The notes under the pieces were generated by a model, which was not told where the DNA came from, made no database searches, and saw only the letters and a program-made list of their open reading frames with translations. Positions 42,619 through 52,470 of a stretch of 64,000 nucleotides of DNA are shown one piece after another (the stretch's first letter is position 1; each line of letters starts with the position of its first letter). Source of the DNA: an uncultured delta proteobacterium. GTDB taxonomy: Bacteria; Desulfobacterota; Desulfuromonadia; Desulfuromonadales; JACZKF01. A program made the position numbers and the translations under genes. The DNA lies in NCBI GenBank assembly GCA_963816395.1, contig CAWFKQ010000007.1, positions 352,001 through 416,000 of the forward strand, in the 5' to 3' direction.

Positions 42619-42690
42619 CCGGCAACTCCTCGTTTCCTTGGGCTGGAACGGTCAGGCAAACTGCCTTTATTTCTGAACGCGATATCAGAA

Positions 42691-42731
42691 AGCGGCACCG
42701 CCCCGAGAGGTCACCAGGAGGCGGTGCCGTC
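42691..42731. other. Intergenic stem-loop after tctC (possible mRNA-stabilising hairpin)
   Basis: CGGCACCGCC ... GGCGGTGCCG inverted repeat. Confidence 0.55.
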
Positions 42732-42738
42732 TGCCGGA

Positions 42739-43784
42739 TCAGCGAATGGCCTCAATGATCTTCTTGTAATCCTCCATCTTTTCCTTCAGATGCGCTTGTG
42801 CTTCTTTCGAGGGCCTGAAATCTGGGATGAAAAAGGCTTTCTTCAGGGGCTTCTGAATATTGCCGGTGGCATAGATTTCGGAGAGAGCCTGGTCGAGATA
42901 AGCAACGATTTCCGGGCTCATGTTTTTGTTATAGAGGAAGAAAAATTCCTTGTCGAAGGTGAAATTGTGCTTGCCGTCCATGGGGACGATGACGTTCGGT
43001 TCGACATACTTCAGCAGCTCCTCGCGGTCGGTCTGCCCCATCCCTTCGGGATTGGCCTGCTCGATCGTCTGCTTGCTGGCGGTCAGCCAGACAAAACGCA
43101 TCGCCTTCTGGTCGTCTGCCGGAAGCCGGGTGTACTGCTCATTGGCCTGCACCGAGCCGTTGATCAGGTCCGCCGCCCCCTGGAACAACAGCATGTTCTT
43201 TGCCTCCTGAGAACCGGTGGGGACCTCAACCAGGTTGCTCTCCATGCCCGGGTATTTGATTTTGATGGCATTTTTGAGGGCACTGTAGCCGATTTCGGAG
43301 ACACCTCCGGGCTGGATGGCCACCCGCACCTTCGTCCCTTTGCCGCAGGCCTCCATGATGTCTTCGAGGCTCTTATAGGGGGAGTTCTTCGGGACCAGGT
43401 AGGCGTTGCCGGGGTTGATGGCAAAAGTGGGGCCGATAATGTAGTTTTCGAAGGGGTTGTCGTATCCGGCCACCCCATACAGGTTACCCAGGTAGGCCTG
43501 ATCGTGGAAAATCATGATGGTGTTGCCTCTCGCACCCATTTGTTCCAGAGCCCGATAGGCGCCACTCGCACCTGTTGCATCCACTTTGACATTGATGCCG
43601 AGTTTGTTCTCCAGCGCCTGAGCCACGATGCTCGAAGCCTGATAGGTATCGCCGCCGGTCGACTTGGAGCCGATGACGATACGCAGGTTCCCCTTGATCA
43701 GCTTTTCCGCGGCCAGGCCATTGGCCACCGGGAAGAGCGCAGAGCGAGCAAAACCAGACCCAACTTCATCAGCAATCGGTTCAT
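42739..43784 (-). CDS. tctC: TTT periplasmic substrate-binding protein (TctC/Bug-like); indel in signal peptide
   Basis: RBS then MNRLLMKLGLVLLAL. Frame change near 43740 into NLRIVIGSKSTGGDTY...VPKNSPYKSLED. Adjacent to tctB/tctA. Confidence 0.8.
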
Positions 43785-43847
43785 CTCCCTACTCCTCTCT
43801 GCAGAACATTGTTGAAGGACTTCCGGACAACACCAGACTAGCCTGCA

Positions 43848-43863
43848 ATGTTAGCGCTACCAC
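43848..43863. promoter_or_regulatory. LacI-family operator overlapping the -10 of the tctCBA-garD promoter
   Basis: ATGTTAGCGCTACCAC. On the minus strand, TTGACT (43877-43872)-18 bp-TAACAT. Confidence 0.75.
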
Positions 43864-43967
43864 ATTATCAAAGTCAATAAGATTTAATAACGGTGTTATA
43901 GAGTTAAACAGCAACTATGTCTGCTGATTTTCACGCGAAAGAATTCAGTGCCCCCAGACAAATCCTT

Positions 43968-43983
43968 ATGATAGCGTCACCAT
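43968..43983. promoter_or_regulatory. Auxiliary LacI-family operator
   Basis: ATGATAGCGTCACCAT, 120 bp from the previous site. Confidence 0.55.
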
Positions 43984-44017
43984 TTTTCTCCTGGCGCCGG
44001 CGGCGGCACTTACAACT

Positions 44018-44963
44018 TCATGGGGGGCATACCGGGGTCAACAGCCGGCCACTGCTGAAGAAGCTGCGCAGATTCTCCAGGACGAGATCCTCCATCACCA
44101 GCCTTGTTTCGCGGGTGCCGCTGCCGATGTGGGGCAACAGGACCACATTCTCCAGAGTCCATAGCGCCTCCGGCACATGAGGCTCATTCTCGTAGACATC
44201 CAGGGCCGCGCCGGCGATCTGACCGTTCGCCAGCGCCCGCACCAGGGCCGGTTCGTCGACCAGCGATCCGCGTGCGATATTGATCAGAAAACCTGCGGGG
44301 CCAAGAGCGGTGATGATCTCGGCCGAAATCAGATGACGCGTCGCCGCCCCGCCGGGGGCGCAGACCACCAGAAAATCGGCCCAGCGAGCCAGTTCCGGCA
44401 GTGAGGTTGCGAAACCGAATGGCAACTCCGGAATCGCCGTCCGTGAATGGTAGCGGATTTCCATGTCGAAGCCGGCGGCCCGGCGGGCGACGGCGCGGCC
44501 GATGCGGCCCATACCGACGATACCCAGCTTCTTGCCGCTGACCCGCGTCATCAGGGGAAATCTGCCGTGCTCCCACGCCCCGCGCCGCACGAAGCGGTCT
44601 GCCGCGCAAAGCCCCCGGGCCACAGCGAGCAGGGCGCCGAAAGCGAGATCGGCGACGCAGTCGGTCAAGACCCCGGGGGTATAGCTGACTGCGATGCCGC
44701 GGCGCCTGGCCGGTTTCCAGATCGATGGTTTCGAAGCCGACGCCGCGGCTGGCGATGACCCGCAGGGCCGGCAGGGCGTCGAGGAGGGCGGTGTCGGCGC
44801 CGACCGGTCCCGAGGTCACCAGACCGACGAATTTTCCGCCATGCCGCCGCAAAAACCCGCCAGGGTCGGACTGCCGCCACAGGGGGCAGAGGTCGAATTC
44901 TGCGGCCAGCCTCGCTTCGAATTTCGGGGTGAGGCGCCCGTTCTGGAGAATGCAGGCTTTCAT
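44018..44963 (-). CDS. D-isomer-specific 2-hydroxyacid dehydrogenase (glyoxylate/hydroxypyruvate reductase-like); frameshift near 44710
   Basis: Motifs RGVGFETIDL, TPGVLTDCVAD, GIVGMGRIG, INIARGSLVDE, LLPHIGSGT. Confidence 0.88.
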
Positions 44964-44990
44964 CGCTGTCGCTTTCCCGGCGCTCGGTAC

Positions 44991-45875
44991 TTACCGCTTC
45001 ACCTCCACCTGGGCGAGCTTCTCATAATAACGCACCAGGCTGCCGTGATCGAGATCGCCCATGCCGTCCACCTTCAGGGCCTGCATCATTTCCATGACCG
45101 CCGCCGTCAGTGGCAGCGGCACCCCGATTTCATGGGAAGTTTCCAGGACGTTGGCCAGGTCCTTTACATGCAGATTGATACGGAAGCCAGGATTGAACTT
45201 GCGATCGAGCACCAGCGGCGCCTTCGCGTCAAGGACCGTGCTGCCGGCCAGACCACCGCGGATTGCCTGATAGACCAGTTCCGGTTCGACCCCCGCCTTG
45301 GTGGCCAGTACCAGGGCCTCGGACATGGCGGCGATGTTCAGCGCGACAATGATCTGGTTGGCCAGTTTGGTGATGTTGCCGGCCCCGATTTCGCCGGTAA
45401 GAACCACCGAGCCGGCCATGGTTTTCATGATGGGGTAACATTTTTCGAAGACGTCCTTCTTGCCGCCGACCATCACCGAAAGGGTGCCGTCGATCGCCTT
45501 GGGCTCGCCGCCGCTGACCGGCGCGTCAAGCATCTCCACCCCCTTTTCCACCAGCTTGGCCGCAATCTCGCGGCTGACCAGCGGGGCGATCGAGCTCATG
45601 TCGATGACGATGGCCCCCGGCCTTGCCCCCTCGATCACTCCGTTTTCGCCGAGCACGACGGCCTTCACCTGGGGGGAATTGGGCAGCATGGTGATGATGA
45701 TGTCGGTCTGCTCGGCAACCGCCCTGGGTGTCGCCGCAACCTCGGCGCCGGCGGCGGCAACCTCATCCAGGACCGCTGAGTTTCTGTCCATGATCACCAG
45801 TTGGTAGCCGGCCTTGAGCAGGTTCCTGCTCATCGGCTTGCCCATGATTCCGAGTCCGATAAATCCGATTTTCAT
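44991..45875 (-). CDS. garR: 2-hydroxy-3-oxopropionate (tartronate semialdehyde) reductase
   Basis: MKIGFIGLGIMGKPMSRNLLKAGY, DAPVSGGEPKAIDGTL, GGLAGSTVLDAKAP, closely matching GarR as I recall it. Confidence 0.93.
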   Translation of the reverse strand: MKIGFIGLGIMGKPMSRNLLKAGYQLVIMDRNSAVLDEVAAAGAEVAATPRAVAEQTDIIITMLPNSPQVKAVVLGENGVIEGARPGAIVIDMSSIAPLVSREIAAKLVEKGVEMLDAPVSGGEPKAIDGTLSVMVGGKKDVFEKCYPIMKTMAGSVVLTGEIGAGNITKLANQIIVALNIAAMSEALVLATKAGVEPELVYQAIRGGLAGSTVLDAKAPLVLDRKFNPGFRINLHVKDLANVLETSHEIGVPLPLTAAVMEMMQALKVDGMGDLDHGSLVRYYEKLAQVEVKR

Positions 45876-45912
45876 CTGTAGGCTCCCTTTCGTTCGGTAT
45901 CGATTCGCGTCT

Positions 45913-46812
45913 TCACGCCAGTTTCTCGGCCCCGAGATTGTCGAGCAGTTTCCGCAGTTTCGCCATGTTCTCCGGTTTGCACCGGGTGTTCGGCCGGATC
46001 GGTTCGCCGACCTCAAAACCGAGCAGCCGCATGTAATCCTTGGTGACCACCGGGAAACTCCCCAGGTTGTACGCCATGCGCATCGGGGCCAGACGATATT
46101 GGGCTTCGCGGGCTCCAGCCAGATCGCCCGCCATGAACCGGTCGTAGATCTCGACGACCAGTTTCGGGACGATATTGGCCGAGGAGGCCACGGTGCCGAC
46201 GCCCCCGTACGCCAGGGTGCTCAAAATCAGGATGTCGCGACCGGCAATGACTTTGAAGTCCCGGTTCCTGGTGCGGCGGATGAATTCGGCGGTCAATGTC
46301 ATGTCGCCGCTGCTCTCCTTTACCCCGACGATATTCGGAATCTCGGCCAGCCGTTCGATCAGGTTTGCCGAAATGCCGCAGCGCATGCGGTCGGGGTTGT
46401 TGTAGAGCAGCACCGGCAGCGAGGTGGCCTCGGCAACGGTCCTGAAATGCTGGTAGAGTTCCTCGTCATTGGGGCTGAGGAACATCGGGTGCAGAACGGA
46501 GACCGCCTGCGCCTGCTGCTGCTCGGCCCAGCGGGCCCAGCGCACGCATTCCCGGGTGGTGATATCGGCAATGCCGACGTAGACCGGGACCCGCCCTCTG
46601 GCCTGGTCGATGGTGATAGCCGCTGCCCGCTCCTGCTCTTCCCGCTGCAGACCGAAAAATTCACCGTTACTGCCGAGGGACAGGATTCCGTGTACCCCGC
46701 CGGCAACGATGTGATCAACGATCTGGCGCAGGGACTTTTCAATCACCCGCTCTTCGGCATCGACCGGGGTGACGATCGGCGGGATGACGCCGCGCACAAA
46801 ACTTGTGTCCAT
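45913..46812 (-). CDS. DHDPS/NAL-family class I lyase, probably acting on 5-keto-4-deoxyglucarate
   Basis: Motifs GSNGEF, LLYNNP, Schiff-base Lys in IVGVKESSGD. Between gudD and garR. Confidence 0.85.
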   Translation of the reverse strand: MDTSFVRGVIPPIVTPVDAEERVIEKSLRQIVDHIVAGGVHGILSLGSNGEFFGLQREEQERAAAITIDQARGRVPVYVGIADITTRECVRWARWAEQQQAQAVSVLHPMFLSPNDEELYQHFRTVAEATSLPVLLYNNPDRMRCGISANLIERLAEIPNIVGVKESSGDMTLTAEFIRRTRNRDFKVIAGRDILILSTLAYGGVGTVASSANIVPKLVVEIYDRFMAGDLAGAREAQYRLAPMRMAYNLGSFPVVTKDYMRLLGFEVGEPIRPNTRCKPENMAKLRKLLDNLGAEKLA

Positions 46813-46847
46813 GGGTATTTCCCCTTTCTGCGAGTCCTCGCCGTCCG

Positions 46848-48198
46848 TCAGCGAACCATGCAGGGGCGCTTGTTGTCGAAGGCCCAGCCTGGAATCAGAT
46901 ACTGCATGGCCGCTGCATCATCGCGTCCCCCCAGCCCCTTGGACCAGTAGAGGTGGTTGGCCTCTTCAATCGCATCCATGTCGATCTCGACACCCAGGCC
47001 GGGCCGCTCGGGAACGGAGATCGGTCCTCCGACGATCTTGAAGCGGATTCCTGGTCAGGTGCTGTCCGTCCTGCCAGATCCAGTGGGTATCGATGGCGGT
47101 GATTTTACCGGGCGCGGCGGCGGCGACATGGGTGTACATGGCCAGGGAAATGTCGAAGTGGTTGTTGGAATGCGACCCCCAGGTCAACCCCCACTCGCGG
47201 CACATCTGCGCCACCCGCACCGATCCCTGCATGGTCCAGAAGTGCGGGTCGGCCAGGGGGATGTCGACGGAATGAAGCTGGATGGCGTGCCCCATCTGGC
47301 GCCAATCGGTGGCGATCATGTTGGTCGCGGTCGGCAGACCGGTCGCCCGCCGGAATTCGGCCATGACTTCGCGGCCCGAATATCCGTTTTCGGCGCCGCA
47401 GGGGTCTTCCGCATATGCCAGTTCCTGGTGCCGCCCCTTGCACAGCCGGATCGCCTCTGCCAGCGACCAGGCGCCATTGGGGTCGATGGTGATACGCGCC
47501 TGGGGAAAACGGCTGGCGAGAGCGATGATCGCTTCAATCTCCTCCTCACCTGGCAAAACGCCGCCCTTGAGCTTGAAATCGTTGAAGCCGTAACGCGCAT
47601 GGGCGGCCTCGGCCAGGCGCACAACGGCTGCCGGGGTCATCGCCTCCTCGTGGCGCAGCCGCAGCCAGTCATCCTTCGCCTGTGAATCGGCGAGATAGGG
47701 CAGATCGGTCTTGTTCCGATTGCCGATGTAAAAAAGGTAACCGAGGATTTCGACGCTGTCGCGCTGCTGCCCTTCACCCAGCAAAGCAGCCACCGGTACA
47801 TTGAGGAACTGCCCCAGAAGGTCGAGCAGGGCCGCCTCCAGGGCGGTCACGGCATGGACCATGACGCGCAGATCGAAGGTCTGCAGCCCGCGCCCGGCTG
47901 CATCACGGTCCGCGAACTGCCGGCGCACCGCATTCAGGGTGTTGTTGTAACGGCCGATTTCCTGATCGATCACCAGCGGGCGCGCCTCTTCGAGGGTCTT
48001 GCGGATCGCTTCGCCGCCGGGGACCTCGCCGACTCCGGTGCGGCCGGAAGAATCCTTCAATATGACGATGTTCCGGGTAAAGAACGGCCCATGGGCGCCG
48101 CTGAGGTTGAGCAGCATACTGTCGTGGCCGGCAACCGGGACGACCAGCATCTCGGTGACGACCGGGGCCCCGGTTATCTTTGCTGAGTGACTCTCCAA
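46848..48198 (-). CDS. gudD: Glucarate dehydratase (enolase superfamily); frameshift near 47040
   Basis: Motifs [48 protein letters not shown]. Tail [25 protein letters not shown] in a shifted frame. GGAGG RBS before TTG 48198. Confidence 0.93.
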
Positions 48199-48270
48199 GG
48201 GATCCTCCTGCAGAAGTTTTTGCCGCCTGTCCGCACGCGCCAAAAAGTTGAACGCTAATTATTCTCGGGC

Positions 48271-48299
48271 ATGGTAGCGCTACCATATTTAGCTGTCAA
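48271..48299 (-). promoter_or_regulatory. Sigma70 promoter of the gudD operon with a perfect LacI-family operator over the -10
   Basis: TTGACA-17 bp-TACCAT. Operator ATGGTAGCGCTACCAT (48271-48286) is a perfect 16-bp palindrome. Confidence 0.85.
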
Positions 48300-48428
48300 C
48301 AGGATTTTGAACCGCTCTGGACGTTTCTGCAAAAGGCAGAGGCAATTAGAGGCGGTAGAGAGAACTTCACGTAGAAATTACAGCTAGAAAGGGTATTTTT
48401 ACCCATCGAAGGGAAGTGCTTAATGCTC

Positions 48429-48457
48429 TTGACTATCCTATTTGATACCGCTACCAT
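48429..48457 (+). promoter_or_regulatory. Sigma70 promoter of the LacI regulator with an overlapping operator
   Basis: TTGACT-17 bp-TACCAT. Operator TTGATACCGCTACCAT at 48442-48457. Confidence 0.75.
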
Positions 48458-48507
48458 CGAAATTGGAAGCCAGCGAAATACTGATTCAGAGAGGATAGAT
48501 TTTCTCC

Positions 48508-49587
48508 ATGCCCCCAGCAAAAAACGGCAACAACCCCAAAGGGATCGACTCCGCGCCCGCCAGGCGCCTTGCGGGCAACGGCGGTTCCAGCCGTTCAACC
48601 GGCAGCGTCACCCTGGACGATGTCGCCAAGTTGGCCGGGGTTTCGCCGATTACCGTGTCGCGCGCGCTCAATCACCCCGACAAGGTGGCGCAAAAAACCC
48701 TGGACAAAGTCAACCAGGCCATCGCCCGCACCGGTTACGTTCCCAACCTGCTGGCCGGCGGCCTGGCCTCCCGGCGCAGCCGGCTGATCGCGGCCATCGT
48801 CCCGTCCATCGCCAACTCGGTCTATGCCGAGACGATCCAGTTCTTCAGCGACAGGCTCAGGGATTCCGGCTACCAGGTGCTGCTGGGCGAGTCCGGATAT
48901 TCGGAAAACCGGGAGGAATCCCTGATCACCGCCGTTTTGAGCCGCAGCCCCGATGGGATCTTCCTGACCGGGGTCAACCATTCCATGGCCTGTCGCCGGC
49001 TGCTGGCGGCCGCCAACATCCCGGTGGTGGAAACCTGGGACATCACCCCCACTCCCCTCGATGTCGTCGTCGGCTTTTCCCACGAGCAGCTTGGTCGGGC
49101 CGTCGCCGAATACTTGCTGAAAAAAGGCTATCGCCGTATAGGCATCGTTTCGGCCGACGATCATCGGGCGCGGATTCGGCAGCAGGCCTTTGTCCAGGCC
49201 CTGGCCAAACAGGGAGTCGTCGATGTTGCCATCAGTACCGTACCTGTGCCGACCAATTTCAAATTGGGGCGGGACGGGCTGGCCCAGCTGCTGGACGGCG
49301 GCTTCGGCGAAGGCGCGGTTTTCTTCAGCTCCGACACCCTGGCTCAGGGCGCTCTGGCTGAAGCGCAGTCCCGCGGCCTGGCCATTCCGGACCAGATAGC
49401 CATCGTAGGATTCGGCGATCAGCCTTACGCCGCCCACACCTACCCTGCCCTCACCACCGTGCGGTTCGACCGGGCGGCGATCGGTCAGCGCGCCGCCGAT
49501 GCCTTGCTGACGAGAATCAACGGGGAAACCGTGGAAGAAAACGTGATCGATGTCGGATTTACCATCGTGGAACGCCAGACGACCTGA
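48508..49587 (+). CDS. LacI-family transcriptional regulator (gluconate-repressor-like)
   Basis: HTH VTLDDVAKLAGVSPITVSRALN, hinge YVPNLLAGGLAS, IPVVETWD. Confidence 0.93.
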   Translation: MPPAKNGNNPKGIDSAPARRLAGNGGSSRSTGSVTLDDVAKLAGVSPITVSRALNHPDKVAQKTLDKVNQAIARTGYVPNLLAGGLASRRSRLIAAIVPSIANSVYAETIQFFSDRLRDSGYQVLLGESGYSENREESLITAVLSRSPDGIFLTGVNHSMACRRLLAAANIPVVETWDITPTPLDVVVGFSHEQLGRAVAEYLLKKGYRRIGIVSADDHRARIRQQAFVQALAKQGVVDVAISTVPVPTNFKLGRDGLAQLLDGGFGEGAVFFSSDTLAQGALAEAQSRGLAIPDQIAIVGFGDQPYAAHTYPALTTVRFDRAAIGQRAADALLTRINGETVEENVIDVGFTIVERQTT

Positions 49588-49715
49588 TATCTCTTTCAGA
49601 GCCTGAGCTGCGGCAATTCGCCGGTCATCGCAAGAAACCTCCCGGCATTGCCCCGGATCCGCGCCAGCAGTTTTGTTATAAGTGGAGACCTGAGCACTCC
49701 TTAGTCAACCTTCCT

Positions 49716-49829
49716 GACGGCATCGCCTACGACCCGGCAACCGGGCGTCTGCTGGTTACCGGCAAGCGCTGGCCGCGCATTTTCCAGATCGAAATGCCAC
49801 CTTTGCGAATTCACTTCCAAGGCATTTGA
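49716..49829 (+). pseudogene. C-terminal remnant resembling a glutaminyl-peptide cyclotransferase
   Basis: Translates DGIAYDPATGRLLVTGKRWPRIFQIE, matching the NGIAYD....L.VTGK.WP..F.I C-terminal motif as I recall it. No upstream portion. Confidence 0.65.
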
Positions 49830-49837
49830 TCGGGGGC

Positions 49838-51067
49838 CTATGACTTGAGAGCCTCGGCCAGGAGTTCCACCGGGTGCATGACCTGAATTGACTCGTCGTT
49901 CAAATTCCCGCGGATTTGCAGGCGGCATCCGGTGCATCCGGAAGTTACTATGCCGGCCCCGGTATTCTTGATTGAGGTAATCTTTTTCGAGGTAATGCCC
50001 GAGGATATGTCCGGATGCTGCAGCTGAAAGGAGCCGCCCCCTCCGCAGCAGGCATCCGCCCCGGCCATCTCCACGAACTCGAGGCCGGGAATCTGCTTTA
50101 GGATGGCGCGGGGTTCATCCTTAATACTTTGGCTCCGCAGAAGATGGCAAGGGTCGTGGTAGGTCACGCGTTCATTGATGGGGCGGAGAAATCCTGCAAG
50201 ATCAAAATCCTGCAGATATTGCGATATGTCCATCACTTTTGCCGCCAGGGATCGGGCAGCATCCGCATCTTCTCCCATTTCGTCCAGAATAGGGACGTAA
50301 TCGTTTTTCAAGGCGGCGCCGCATGTGGCACAATCAACGACGACGGCATCGACATCCTCGCGGTTGAGAATCGAAACGTTCCTGCGAATATTGTCGATAG
50401 CCAACTCCCTGGCGCCGGACAGAAAAATCGGCAGGCTGCAGCACATCTGATCTTTGGGAATTATGACGTCCACGTCGATACGGTTCAGGATTTTTATGAC
50501 AGAATGCCCAACGTTCCCGTACAGATAGTTTGTTGCACAGCCGGTGAAATAAAGCACTCTGCCTCTGGGGCCGGCCGCCCGGATAATTTCCGGGAACTGA
50601 TCCCGCAATGGCTTTGCATTCAAGGTGGGGAGCCTGGCAAGAGACAGGGTTCCGATTTTTACATTCTGGAGGAACAGAGAACGAAGCGGCGTTTCCAGGA
50701 CCCGACCGAAGAACATGGACAAAGACAAGAGTCGATTGCTTGCCAGCAGCCTGAAAAGGCCCTGTTTCTGCCAGCTTAGTCCGAATTTTTCAACCAGTTC
50801 AGCCCGCACGGCCTTCATCAGACGATCTATCTTGACGCCACTCGGGCAGGTTACCGTGCAACTTTCGCACAGCAGACAGGTGAACAGGATTTTGTTGAAG
50901 TTCGCCGAGAGCTCCAATTGACCTTCCAGCACTTTCTTGATCAACTGCACCTTGCCACGGGGAGAGCCCCCCTCATAGTTCAGTTGCTTGTAAACCTGGC
51001 AGGAGCTCATGCAGGCACCGCATTTATTGCACTTATGAACCTCTTCTTTCAGCTCGTCGGCTATCAT
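49838..51067 (-). CDS. Fe-S oxidoreductase subunit (GlcF-like; 2x[4Fe-4S] + CCG domains)
   Basis: Motifs CNKCGACMSSC, CLLCESCTVTCP, QMCCS, TYHDPCHL, CCGGGG. Confidence 0.9.
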   Translation of the reverse strand: MIADELKEEVHKCNKCGACMSSCQVYKQLNYEGGSPRGKVQLIKKVLEGQLELSANFNKILFTCLLCESCTVTCPSGVKIDRLMKAVRAELVEKFGLSWQKQGLFRLLASNRLLSLSMFFGRVLETPLRSLFLQNVKIGTLSLARLPTLNAKPLRDQFPEIIRAAGPRGRVLYFTGCATNYLYGNVGHSVIKILNRIDVDVIIPKDQMCCSLPIFLSGARELAIDNIRRNVSILNREDVDAVVVDCATCGAALKNDYVPILDEMGEDADAARSLAAKVMDISQYLQDFDLAGFLRPINERVTYHDPCHLLRSQSIKDEPRAILKQIPGLEFVEMAGADACCGGGGSFQLQHPDISSGITSKKITSIKNTGAGIVTSGCTGCRLQIRGNLNDESIQVMHPVELLAEALKS

Positions 51068-52449
51068 ACGGCATGCTCCAGGAAACTTCCCGGATTCAAA
51101 ATCCCCTTGGGATCAAAAGCGTCTTTCAATGATCGCATCATCTTCAGGCGGACCTCGCCGAGCTGCTTGGGCAAATACTTCGCTTTATAGATGCCAATCC
51201 CATGCTCGCCCGAGACCGTGCCCCCCACGGAAAGGACATAATCCACCAGCTCGTCCTTAGCCATCCCAACTCGCTTCATTTCCTCTTCATCTCGTTGATC
51301 GCAGAGAAAAAATGGGTGAAAATTCCCGTCGCCCGCGTGTGCCAGGACTGCCGTCTGCACGCTGTATCGTTCTCCGACTTCGAGTATTTTCTTTATGGCA
51401 TCGGTCAGAAAACCCACTGGCACGGTACTGTCTTCAACGATGCACGTCGGGCGCACTCTGCCCATGGCGCCCGCAACAGAGCGCCTGGCAGCCCAGAGTT
51501 GTTCATTTTCCTTATCGGAACTCGACAGGTGGACCTCTCTTGCCCCATGCGCCCGGCAGAATTCTGCCACCAGGGCGGACTGCCTTTCTACAGTATCCGG
51601 ATCGCCGTCCACATCGATGAGCAGGATCGCCTCGGCATCCAGGGGAAGTCCCATGTGAGCAAAATCCTCTACGGCCTTTATGACCGTTTTTTCCATGAGC
51701 TCGAGCGTCGCCGGTATGATCCCGGCTTCGAAAATCTTGGCTACCGTGGTCCCGGCGTCGTCGAGACGATCATAGATGGCCTCAAGGGTACGCCTTGCCT
51801 TGGGTTTTGGCAGCAGGCGGACCGTTACCCTGGTCACCAGCGCCAACGTCCCTTCCGATCCACAGAGCAAGCGGGTAAGATCATAACCAGCCACATCCTT
51901 GCAGGTCACGGTTCCTGTTTTCATCACCTCGCCGGAAGGCAACACCACCTCCAGTCCCAGAAGGTAATCCCTGGTGACTCCATACTTTATTCCCCGCATC
52001 CCGCCAGCGTTCGTCATGACGGTGCCGGCAATGGTGGCAACGGCAACACTGCCTGGATCGGGAGGGTAAAAGAGGTCCAGGCCATCCACGGCTTTCTGGA
52101 GTTCGGCAACGACCACCCCCGGCTCCAGGATGGCATATCGGTTGGCAGCATTGATTTCAAGAATTCTGTTCATCATGGAAAAACATATTATGATGCCGCC
52201 CTCTTTAGCCAACGAACCTGCCGTCATGCATGTTCCGGAGCCACGGGGGGTAACTGATATGCCGTGTGTGGCGGCTATTGTCATGATCCCTGATACTTCT
52301 TCGGTTGTTTTGGGAAAGAGGACTGCTTCCGGAAGAAACTCCCGCAGGTATCCATCATAAGAGTAGGTCACGAGATCTTCTGCGGTGGTCTTGCACCGCT
52401 CTTCACCGACAACAGAAATAAGCATGTCCAGGATTTCTTGTGACAGCAT
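51064..52449 (-). CDS. FAD-linked 2-hydroxyacid oxidase/dehydrogenase (GlcD-like)
   Basis: Motifs YPPDPGS, KYGVTRDY, GSEGTL, HAGDGNFHP, GEHGIG, FDPKGILNPG. Confidence 0.92.
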   Translation of the reverse strand: MLSQEILDMLISVVGEERCKTTAEDLVTYSYDGYLREFLPEAVLFPKTTEEVSGIMTIAATHGISVTPRGSGTCMTAGSLAKEGGIIICFSMMNRILEINAANRYAILEPGVVVAELQKAVDGLDLFYPPDPGSVAVATIAGTVMTNAGGMRGIKYGVTRDYLLGLEVVLPSGEVMKTGTVTCKDVAGYDLTRLLCGSEGTLALVTRVTVRLLPKPKARRTLEAIYDRLDDAGTTVAKIFEAGIIPATLELMEKTVIKAVEDFAHMGLPLDAEAILLIDVDGDPDTVERQSALVAEFCRAHGAREVHLSSSDKENEQLWAARRSVAGAMGRVRPTCIVEDSTVPVGFLTDAIKKILEVGERYSVQTAVLAHAGDGNFHPFFLCDQRDEEEMKRVGMAKDELVDYVLSVGGTVSGEHGIGIYKAKYLPKQLGEVRLKMMRSLKDAFDPKGILNPGSFLEHAV

Positions 52450-52470
52450 GGGTCGTTACCTCGCTTGAAA

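Noticed and set aside
45913..46812. dapA (lysine biosynthesis)
   Set aside because: GSNGE rather than GTTGE, and its position in an aldarate operon argues against true DapA.
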